DNA of 64,000 nt. Origin: Pyrodictiaceae archaeon (GTDB lineage Archaea; Thermoproteota; Thermoprotei_A; Sulfolobales; Pyrodictiaceae). The DNA lies in assembly GCA_027036135.1 (NCBI GenBank), contig JALVSY010000016.1, positions 96,001-160,000 on the forward strand, read 5' to 3'. The notes below the pieces were generated by a model that was not told the origin of the DNA, did not search any database, and saw only the letters and a program-made list of their open reading frames with translations. A program made the translations under genes and the position numbers. This document shows, in pieces, positions 57,094 to 64,000 of the stretch (its first letter is position 1; each line of letters begins with the position of its first letter).

Positions 57094-57822
57094 TTAGCAT
57101 ATACAGTTCTTGCGGGGGGTAAGCTCGAACTTAAACATCTCCATCGAGTAGGCATCTATGACGAGCATCTTGCCCTTAGCTACTTCGCCTACACCAGTCA
57201 CATACTTCACAAGCTCCGTGACAGCTATAGAGCCCACAATCCCGACGACCGAGCCTATTAGGGGAATTTGTTGAGGTGTCCTAAGCTTTGGTGGAAGCAC
57301 GCATCGTAGACAAGGAGTTTCTCCTGGTACTATTATTGTAACTTGTCCCTGGAAGCCATGTATACCTGCATATACATAAGGCTTGCCAAGTCGATAGGCG
57401 GCCTCGTCTATTAGGAACCGAGTCTCCCAGTTATCGAGACCATCAATAACTATGTCTACCTTCTTCAACAATTCCTCAACGTTTTCCCTCGTTATACCCT
57501 CTGTCACAACCTCTATCTCTACATTAGGGTTTAGTTTCCTTAGCTTCTCAGCCGCCGAGATGGGCTTCGCCTTGCCTATATCGTCCGTCCAGTGAAGTAT
57601 TTGTCGGTTAAGATTACTAAGCTCAACTATATCATTATCAACTAGGACTAGCTTACCGACGCCGACAGCTGCCAGGTAAATTGCCTCAACAGAGCCCAGG
57701 CCACCAACACCAGCAACAAGTACCTTTGTGTTCTTAAGCTTCCGCTGCCCCTCAACACCAAGTATCGGTAGTTGCCTAGCATACCTCTTCATCTCGTGGC
57801 TGGCAAGCCCGCCGCTGCCCAC
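57094..57822 (-). CDS. ThiF/MoeB/E1-like ubiquitin-fold activating enzyme
   Basis: RYARQ, GVGGLG, DIVELSNLNRQ, DGLDN, CLRC and a C-terminal CxC. Confidence 0.93.
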   Translation of the reverse strand: MGSGGLASHEMKRYARQLPILGVEGQRKLKNTKVLVAGVGGLGSVEAIYLAAVGVGKLVLVDNDIVELSNLNRQILHWTDDIGKAKPISAAEKLRKLNPNVEIEVVTEGITRENVEELLKKVDIVIDGLDNWETRFLIDEAAYRLGKPYVYAGIHGFQGQVTIIVPGETPCLRCVLPPKLRTPQQIPLIGSVVGIVGSIAVTELVKYVTGVGEVAKGKMLVIDAYSMEMFKFELTPRKNCIC

Positions 57823-57944
57823 GAAGAATCACCAGATACCTCCCCTTTCCTCGGCTACGCTTATTCCCCGGAGGAGCCTATTATCGTTAAGCGTGCCTCT
57901 TCTCAGAGAAAGACATGGTAGTAGACATAGCCTAGTGCAGCAAT

Positions 57945-58017
57945 TAATAGGGGTCGGATCGTCGTGAGGTCTTCACAGCATAGCTCTGTCTGGGACGGCG
58001 TCGCCATCCCCCTATTA
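57945..58017 (-). ncRNA. Candidate box C/D sRNA with a 9-bp terminal stem
   Basis: TAATAGGGG/CCCCTATTA ends, degenerate C GGGATGG, D' CAGA, C' GTGAAGA, 12-nt guide CCTCACGACGAT, D CCGA. CTATAAA about 25 nt upstream. Confidence 0.55.
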
Positions 58018-58093
58018 GGCTCTACCGTGGCCAAGAGGCCCTTTATAGCATTTTAAGTACAAGTGACGAGGCTTATAGAACACGGTAATAGAT

Positions 58094-58813
58094 ATGAAGG
58101 AGCATTTACTAGCGCTACGGGGCCGCGACTCCGTTGGTAATGTAGTTATTCTCCCACTAGGTTCTCTCGAAAATCATGGAGTCTTACCCCTTGGCACGGA
58201 TACGCTTATAGCGAGCTGTGTCGCGGAGAGAGCTGTTCTAGACACCAGTTGCCCCAATGTGCTCGTAGCACCTGTTATCCAGTACACGGTCTCGATAGAG
58301 CATAGTATTCCCCGCGTGACAGTTGAGCCCGATACATTTACCAGGTACCTGGTAGAGGTCTCTAGGAGCCTGCTTGAATGGAGCAAGGGCTTGATACTCG
58401 CTGTTTTTCATGGGGGGGTTTATCCGGTTGCCTACATGGCTGCTAGGAAGCTACGAGCTGAGGGCTTCAACATAGCTGTTTTCGACTCATGGAGGACTGT
58501 TACTAGTTACCTAGAGAAACGTTACGACGCTGAAGTAGGGTTAATGCATGCAGACCCTGTAGAGGCTAGTCTCCTCCTTGCATGCGGCTATAGCATAGGG
58601 ATCAGAGAGGCCGGAAAAGAAGATGTCATCAATGCTCTTAAGACGAGCAAACAACGAGAACCCAAACATGCTCCATGGGTTCATAGAGATGTTCCCGACC
58701 TCTACCCCAACGAGGAGGTAATTGCCTCGAGAGAGCTCGGGAGAGAGCTTCTAGATTTTCTCGCCAAGAAGCTCGCGGATTACACGTGTAGCCTCGCCAG
58801 GCGGGACCCCTAG
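58094..58813 (+). CDS. Creatininase-family amidohydrolase, possibly ArfB-like
   Basis: PLGSLENHG..PLGTD, SIEH, HGG and HAxxxE motifs. Near ribH. Confidence 0.85.
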   Translation: MKEHLLALRGRDSVGNVVILPLGSLENHGVLPLGTDTLIASCVAERAVLDTSCPNVLVAPVIQYTVSIEHSIPRVTVEPDTFTRYLVEVSRSLLEWSKGLILAVFHGGVYPVAYMAARKLRAEGFNIAVFDSWRTVTSYLEKRYDAEVGLMHADPVEASLLLACGYSIGIREAGKEDVINALKTSKQREPKHAPWVHRDVPDLYPNEEVIASRELGRELLDFLAKKLADYTCSLARRDP

Positions 58814-59911
58814 TACCTTGTAGGATTGCATTCTCTTAACAATTGTCGTGACGGGATCATTGCTCCAGCTAAGCTCTGGTATGAGAGCCAGCGACGCACC
58901 CATTGCTAGAGAGTTATATTCCTTGCTCCAAAGGCCTAGGAGTCTGACACAGCTAGAAGTTATACTTAATAACAATGCCTCAGCTAGTTCCCTTGCCTTG
59001 CTCCGGGAAACAGGGTGCACGGACAAATAGGCATACGATGCCTCCTCAACCACAAATGGCGGTATCCATGCCGCGTTATCTGTTCCGAGAGCCACATTGG
59101 TCTCGGCGACTAGCGCGGGGAGGAGATCAAGTCGGGGAAGCCTACCTGTGTGATACATGTTTGAGCGAGGACAGAAGATGATACCTATACCCTCCCGGGC
59201 TACTTGCATTAACTCATCATCACTGAGCATGGTTAGATGCACAACTGCATGGGGCTTAGCCTCGAGAGCCACTTTGTAATCTTCTTTCTCGTAAAGCTCC
59301 CTGGTCTCCGATACATGGACGTGAACATATCCATAGACTCGGTGAGCAAGCTGTACGAGTTCTACTAGCTCCGGCAGTGCAAGGTCGAAGACAGTATCGA
59401 GACCAACACCTCCATATTTCTCTAAAAGCTCCCTGTATTCTGTATACACTTTCTTATTTGGTTGAGCGAGTACGCGGAGGCTTAACCCATGCTTATCGGT
59501 AACACGGGCAACAAGACCGGCTCCTACCTGGCCTAGCTCAGCATATACACCGAGAAAAAGAGTTCCGCGATTCCGTATATTGGTAGCCGCAATAGAGAGT
59601 CTTTCCTCCAAGGTATCAGGGCTTAGCCTCGATAGGAGACTATACTTTAGCCCCCTTGGTAGCTCCACTAAGTCTTCTAGGCGCCTATCCTCGCCCGTCT
59701 CAGCTATGGCATAGTCCAGTAAATGGAGATGAGCATTACACAGCCCAGGAAGAATTACTACAGGGAGCTTCCTGGCCCCGGGTGGGCACCCTGGCGAAAA
59801 ACCAGCTATGACGCCGCCGTCTATCTCTATACACGGCCTAGTGACTAGCTCTATGCTCTTATCATTCGGGTTTATAGCGTAGAGTGCTTCAAAGAACACA
59901 CGGTTACTCAA
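58751..59911 (-). CDS. Metal-dependent amidohydrolase
   Basis: PGLCNAHLH, HVHVSE, VH, CPRSN and LGTDN motifs. Confidence 0.9.
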   Translation of the reverse strand: MSNRVFFEALYAINPNDKSIELVTRPCIEIDGGVIAGFSPGCPPGARKLPVVILPGLCNAHLHLLDYAIAETGEDRRLEDLVELPRGLKYSLLSRLSPDTLEERLSIAATNIRNRGTLFLGVYAELGQVGAGLVARVTDKHGLSLRVLAQPNKKVYTEYRELLEKYGGVGLDTVFDLALPELVELVQLAHRVYGYVHVHVSETRELYEKEDYKVALEAKPHAVVHLTMLSDDELMQVAREGIGIIFCPRSNMYHTGRLPRLDLLPALVAETNVALGTDNAAWIPPFVVEEASYAYLSVHPVSRSKARELAEALLLSITSSCVRLLGLWSKEYNSLAMGASLALIPELSWSNDPVTTIVKRMQSYKVLGVPPGEATRVIRELLGEKI

Positions 59912-60365
59912 TGAACACTGTTTCCCCGCTGAACTTTGCTTTCTCCAATGCCTTCATGCGACGAGCCAGCTTGATCGCGGCCTCTACAGCTCTCCTAGCA
60001 TAGTCATCTACTCTCTCAAGGGCTTGCATCCTGTTCATCCCTGGCCCCGAGATTCCCAGGGTTACGGGCTTCCCGTACTTCTCGGCTAGGTCCACTAGCT
60101 TCCTGGCAACCTGGTGGGCTATGACCTCGTCGTGCTTGGTGGCGCCCGTGATAATGGCTCCTAGCGCTACGACGGCATCTACATCGTCTTTGCGCAAGAG
60201 CTTCTCGACAAGCAGTGGTATATCATATGCACCGGGAGCCTTAACTACATAGGCCACTATCGCGCCAAGGAACTTGGCATGGTTCATGGCTCGCTGAAGC
60301 ATAAGGTACGTTACGTCATAATTGAACTCAGAGACAACTATACCGAGCCTAATTACTTCTGCCAC
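59904..60365 (-). CDS. ribH: 6,7-dimethyl-8-ribityllumazine synthase
   Basis: IVVSEFN, PGAYDIP, LGAIITGATKH and KPVTLG motifs. Confidence 0.96.
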   Translation of the reverse strand: MAEVIRLGIVVSEFNYDVTYLMLQRAMNHAKFLGAIVAYVVKAPGAYDIPLLVEKLLRKDDVDAVVALGAIITGATKHDEVIAHQVARKLVDLAEKYGKPVTLGISGPGMNRMQALERVDDYARRAVEAAIKLARRMKALEKAKFSGETVFIE

Positions 60366-60423
60366 TCTTCTACCCCAAGCACATCGCCACGATATGGGCC
60401 CAAAAAGTTTACTCTAAGATCCT

Positions 60424-60876
60424 CTAGGCCGTGATGATTTCCTTAAGAAGCTTTAGAGCTTCTTGTATGGCTCGACGCGCTTCTATTGATAAACCCTCGC
60501 CTATTCCTACATCTTTAACTCCGAGTAACAAGTAGACGACCTTGCCAGTGTACGAGGATATATACCTGTGCATTAATCTAGGATTAATGTTATGAGTTGT
60601 CCAGAGGATCTGAGAAGGAGGTTCATTAATTATAGTTACGCTACCTGCCTCTACGCCTAGAGCAGCATCAACTATTATTAGAAGCTTAGGTCTTATCTCC
60701 TTTATATGATGAGTACATAGTTCAAGCCCCATAGGGCATTCAAGCACGCAACTATACCTTCTTCGCCTGAGCTCCTGTACTAGATAAAGAGCCGCTGCAT
60801 CATCCCTGCGGAGAGGCGAACCAATGCCTACTACGAGTGTCTTACACTTCCTCTGTTCTCCAAGGCTTTGGTTCAC
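60424..60876 (-). CDS. hycI: HycI-type hydrogenase maturation protease
   Basis: GIGSPLRRDDA, IVDAA and TTH motifs. Last gene of the group 4 operon. Confidence 0.88.
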   Translation of the reverse strand: MNQSLGEQRKCKTLVVGIGSPLRRDDAAALYLVQELRRRRYSCVLECPMGLELCTHHIKEIRPKLLIIVDAALGVEAGSVTIINEPPSQILWTTHNINPRLMHRYISSYTGKVVYLLLGVKDVGIGEGLSIEARRAIQEALKLLKEIITA

Positions 60877-61225
60877 GTGGATCTCCTCTTAGTAGTGCTC
60901 TCTTAAAAACCGGCGGCGGAATCTCGTTAGAAATATTATATGCTTTCCTCGGGCATATATCAATGCAATGATAGCAGAATACGCATAGACCATAATCTAT
61001 TACTGGTATTTTCTTTTTCTTCCCCCCATATGTTATCTCTGTCATCTTTATAGCTCCTGTTGGACACTCGACAGCGCATAAGCTACAACTAATACACTTA
61101 TCTGGATTAACTATGTGTAATCCCCGATATCTTTTGGTTGGATTAGGCTTAGCTTTCACCCCATACTCTATGGTAACGGGCCTTCTTAGTAGATTTTTGA
61201 GAAGTTCACGAGCCAGTTTAAGCAC
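60842..61225 (-). CDS. NuoI/HycF-like 2x[4Fe-4S] subunit
   Basis: CISCSLCAVECP and CVFCYHCIDICP motifs. Confidence 0.92.
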   Translation of the reverse strand: MLKLARELLKNLLRRPVTIEYGVKAKPNPTKRYRGLHIVNPDKCISCSLCAVECPTGAIKMTEITYGGKKKKIPVIDYGLCVFCYHCIDICPRKAYNISNEIPPPVFKRALLRGDPREPKPWRTEEV

Positions 61226-61233
61226 TTACACCT

Positions 61234-62394
61234 TCACCTCCTCTTTCTCACAATCTTCCGAATGGGCTCCAATCGCTGCTCACCAGTTCGTTCATCTACA
61301 ACCATTATTCTCTCCATGCATGATATGCAAGGATCAAAACTCGCAAGTATCACTGGCACATCAGATAACGTTGCATCACGATAGGCAAAGACGCTGTTTA
61401 GTATATTTGTAAAGCTAGGTGTTCTTATCCTCACCCTATAGGGGGTTCTCCCACCTCTGCTCACTACGTGATATATGAGCTCGCCTCGAGGAGCTTCGAC
61501 ACGAGATATAGCTTCTCCCGGCCTAAAGGTACGCGGAGGAATTCTTAGTGCGGCTATGGGGCCTTTTGGTAGTTTGTTAATTGCTTGTCTTATTATCTTT
61601 ATTGATTCAAGTGATTCTTCTAAACGTACAAGTACTCTAGCTAAGCAATCTCCTTCCTTACGAGTTACCATATTGAAGTCCACTTCGTCGTACCAAGCGT
61701 AGGGCGTGTCTTTTCTTACATCGATTCGTACTCCGGAGGCCCTAGCTGTTGGGCCGACTAAGCCGTATAAGAGGGCTTCATTATACTTAATCACGCCTAT
61801 GTCTTCGAGTCTAAGTCTTAGGAGTTTGTCGTTCTCGTAGACGTCCCTGTAGTATAGTATTCGTTTCTCGATATAGTCTAGGGCTCGCTTTATTTTCTCT
61901 ACGATTCCGTCATCGATGTCTCTTCGAACACCGCCTGGCCACACGTAGTCGGATAAAACTCGGTTGCCAGTAACAAGTTCTTTAAGCAACATTATCTTTT
62001 CCCTATCCCTCATTATGAGCATGAAGAGACTCTCAAAACCCAGTATTTCGGCCATTACGGCGGCAAGTAGCATGTGGCTGTGAAGTCTCTCCAGCTCCAT
62101 AGCTATGGTTCGTAGAGCAAGCGCTCTTTCAGGGAGCTTAATGTTGTTCAGTTTCTCAAGGGCTTGGACATAGCATGTTGCATGCATCAAGTTGCATATG
62201 CCGCATACACGGGTCGCTATATATAGTGTTTTTAGCCACGTGTTTCTCTCAGCCAGCCACTCGATGCCTCTATGATTGTAGCCAGTCACTATGTCTACTC
62301 CTACAACCTCCTCGCCACGGACACGGACACGTAGAAGTATCGGCTCATGGAGAGCGGGGTGTTGAGGGCCTACTGGTATTTCAATTACAGGCAT
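61234..62394 (-). CDS. Group 4 [NiFe]-hydrogenase large subunit
   Basis: GPQHPALHEP, L1 RVCGIC, EAPRGE and L2 DPCISCMER with a C-terminal extension. Confidence 0.94.
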   Translation of the reverse strand: MPVIEIPVGPQHPALHEPILLRVRVRGEEVVGVDIVTGYNHRGIEWLAERNTWLKTLYIATRVCGICNLMHATCYVQALEKLNNIKLPERALALRTIAMELERLHSHMLLAAVMAEILGFESLFMLIMRDREKIMLLKELVTGNRVLSDYVWPGGVRRDIDDGIVEKIKRALDYIEKRILYYRDVYENDKLLRLRLEDIGVIKYNEALLYGLVGPTARASGVRIDVRKDTPYAWYDEVDFNMVTRKEGDCLARVLVRLEESLESIKIIRQAINKLPKGPIAALRIPPRTFRPGEAISRVEAPRGELIYHVVSRGGRTPYRVRIRTPSFTNILNSVFAYRDATLSDVPVILASFDPCISCMERIMVVDERTGEQRLEPIRKIVRKRR

Positions 62395-62400
62395 TGTCTT

Positions 62401-62871
62401 TCACCCCTTCCTACTTGGAGAAGCCTGCTTAAGTAAGGGCTTCATTGTACCCATGTCTGGTGGCTTAAAGAAGCCGTCGCGAAGCCACTTATTGCCCCTA
62501 AACATTACGCCAAATAGGTCGTAGATCTCCTGCTCGTAAGGCTTAGCACCTGGGACAACCTCGATGAGGGACTCGGCAATCGGCTTATCTCTAGGAACAT
62601 GGGTTCTCGCATCTATTATTGATTTATGTTTTAGAGACCAGAAGAGATAGCGTAGCTCTATTACACCCTTGTCGGGATAATCTATAGCATTAATGCTCAT
62701 TAGGTAAACCTCTCTCTCAGTTTCATCTATGAGAGCTTTTGCGAAATCTACTATGTCGCCCTGTCTCTCTAGCATCACCTCATACCTGCTGGATTCGACT
62801 CGTTTAAGCTCTAATTCCTTATCCTTAAATTTCAGCCTCAGACTCAAGTCTCTCAGCCTCGATCCTTTCAT
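62401..62871 (-). CDS. NuoC/MbhK-like subunit
   Basis: YEQEIYDLFGVMFRGN motif. Confidence 0.88.
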   Translation of the reverse strand: MKGSRLRDLSLRLKFKDKELELKRVESSRYEVMLERQGDIVDFAKALIDETEREVYLMSINAIDYPDKGVIELRYLFWSLKHKSIIDARTHVPRDKPIAESLIEVVPGAKPYEQEIYDLFGVMFRGNKWLRDGFFKPPDMGTMKPLLKQASPSRKG

Positions 62872-63370
62872 GCTTGAGGAGCTTTACGATAGCCTCGATT
62901 ATGGCATCAGGTCTCGGAGGACAACCAGGTACATAGACGTCTACTGGAACCACTTTGTCGGCTCCACCAACGACGCTGTAGCTATGCCGAAACGCGTGCC
63001 CGCTTATCGCGCAAGTACCCACGGCGATAACGTACTTAGGATTAGGGGTCTGCTCATATAATCGCTTCAGCCTCTCGGCCGCTTTTTTGGTCAAGGCACC
63101 CGTCACGATAATGATATCTGCATGGCGCGGATTAGGGGCTAGCTTTACTCCGAAACGCTCTGGATCATAGAGAGGAGTAAGAGCTGCTAAAACCTCGATG
63201 TCGCAGCCATTGCATGCGCCGGTATTGAAGTGTAGTATCCATGGCGACCTTGAAATAAGCCTAACACTGTGTGGTGGTTTTTCTCTCCCGTTTTTCTCCA
63301 TACTATCCCCATTTTCAATATTTTTGTTACTTCTTTCTGATAACATGTAACCCGGCTCTGAGCGGGTCAA
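62825..63370 (-). CDS. Group 4 hydrogenase small subunit (NuoB/MbhJ-like)
   Basis: CNGCDIE, PRHAD, GTCA and PGCPP motifs. True start probably downstream. Confidence 0.93.
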   Translation of the reverse strand: MTRSEPGYMLSERSNKNIENGDSMEKNGREKPPHSVRLISRSPWILHFNTGACNGCDIEVLAALTPLYDPERFGVKLAPNPRHADIIIVTGALTKKAAERLKRLYEQTPNPKYVIAVGTCAISGHAFRHSYSVVGGADKVVPVDVYVPGCPPRPDAIIEAIVKLLKHERIEAERLESEAEI

Positions 63371-64000
63371 GGAAGCATCACTCCCAGAAGCGAGAAAATC
63401 GGGGCTGGAAGAACACCGACTACAATGGCTATAATCGCCAGAGTGAGAGGAATAAGTAGAAGTCTTCTCGGAGGCTCGCTAGGCAGACGACGAGGCGCTA
63501 TGACAACTGGTCTCCAGAATACGCGGAGCCAGTACCTAAGAGCATAGGCTGCTGCAAGGAATAACGCGATAACTAGTATTGCTATAGCTATCGGGTTTAA
63601 TGCAGCTTCGGCTAGGGCTATTATTACTGTTATTTCTCCCGGGAAGAGGGCAAAAACTGGTGCGCCTGCTAGGCTTAGGGCTGTAACGAATCCTATGAAT
63701 GCTGTCAATGGCATTGTTTTTGCATAAAGGCCCATATCCCGTATATTATCGCTTCCCGCTTGTTTAGTTAGTATTGATGCTAGGAGGAAGAATAAGGGTT
63801 TCACAATTCCATGGGCAAACATTATGTATAGCGCGCCTGCTGCAGCAAGCCTACTAAAGCTTACTAGCCCTGCGTACATGAAGCCGCCGTGGCTAATACT
63901 GCTATAAGATGCTATAAAGCCTAGACGACGCGCTAACAGCGCAGCCAATGCTCCTACGATTGCTGAAGTAGCGCCAAGCCAGAAACCAATGAATGCGGCA
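63367..64000 (-). CDS. MrpD/NuoM-like antiporter subunit, partial
   Basis: ASYSSISHGG, HGIVK and SLAGAP..F.GE motifs. Frame continues past the window end. Confidence 0.88.
   Translation of the reverse strand, partial: AAFIGFWLGATSAIVGALAALLARRLGFIASYSSISHGGFMYAGLVSFSRLAAAGALYIMFAHGIVKPLFFLLASILTKQAGSDNIRDMGLYAKTMPLTAFIGFVTALSLAGAPVFALFPGEITVIIALAEAALNPIAIAILVIALFLAAAYALRYWLRVFWRPVVIAPRRLPSEPPRRLLLIPLTLAIIAIVVGVLPAPIFSLLGVMLP

Noticed and set aside
56928-57122. Hydrophobic 64-aa ORF on the plus strand
   Set aside because: It overlaps both neighbours in antisense, and the hydrophobicity follows from local G/T skew.
57995-58015. Fluoride riboswitch-like GGGAUGGCG on the minus strand
   Set aside because: It lacks the downstream pseudoknot strand and no fluoride exporter follows.
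1-64000. CRISPR arrays, tRNA/rRNA genes, IS elements and the many short antisense ORFs in the track
   Set aside because: No regularly spaced repeats, T-loop motifs or transposase/integrase ORFs were seen by eye. The short ORFs are shadows of well-supported genes.

Overview
Chromosomal segment of a hyperthermophilic crenarchaeon, probably Desulfurococcales/Pyrodictiaceae-like. This is inferred from frequent TTG/GTG starts, GGGGTG/GGAGG ribosome-binding sites, an exosome-proteasome superoperon lacking rpoP, and box C/D sRNAs. Most of the window is core genome: gatA, tRNA thiolation genes (Ubl-ttuA, thiI, E1-like enzyme), pantoate kinase and coaBC, ribH, rpl40e and the psmA-SBDS-rrp4-rrp41-rrp42-rpl37ae-Brix-pcc1-pfdB-DHH operon. 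There are two [NiFe]-hydrogenase systems: a Tat-exported group 1 uptake enzyme with cytochrome b and a full hyp set, and the distal end of a group 4 (Mbh/Ech-like) operon. Also present are a MenK-like radical SAM enzyme, two HerA-family ATPases (one with a C-terminal SWIM finger, one convergent with a NurA paralog) and a VapBC pair. The best leads are non-coding: a candidate cation-sensing translational switch upstream of a DUF1646 transporter, a Moco/Wco-riboswitch-like leader upstream of a DUF364 gene, a 24-bp inverted repeat holding mirror-image promoters upstream of an orphan surface-protein gene, and several unannotated C/D and H/ACA-like guide RNAs. All RNA folds and family assignments were made by eye and need computational confirmation. 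No tRNA, rRNA, CRISPR array or transposase was seen.
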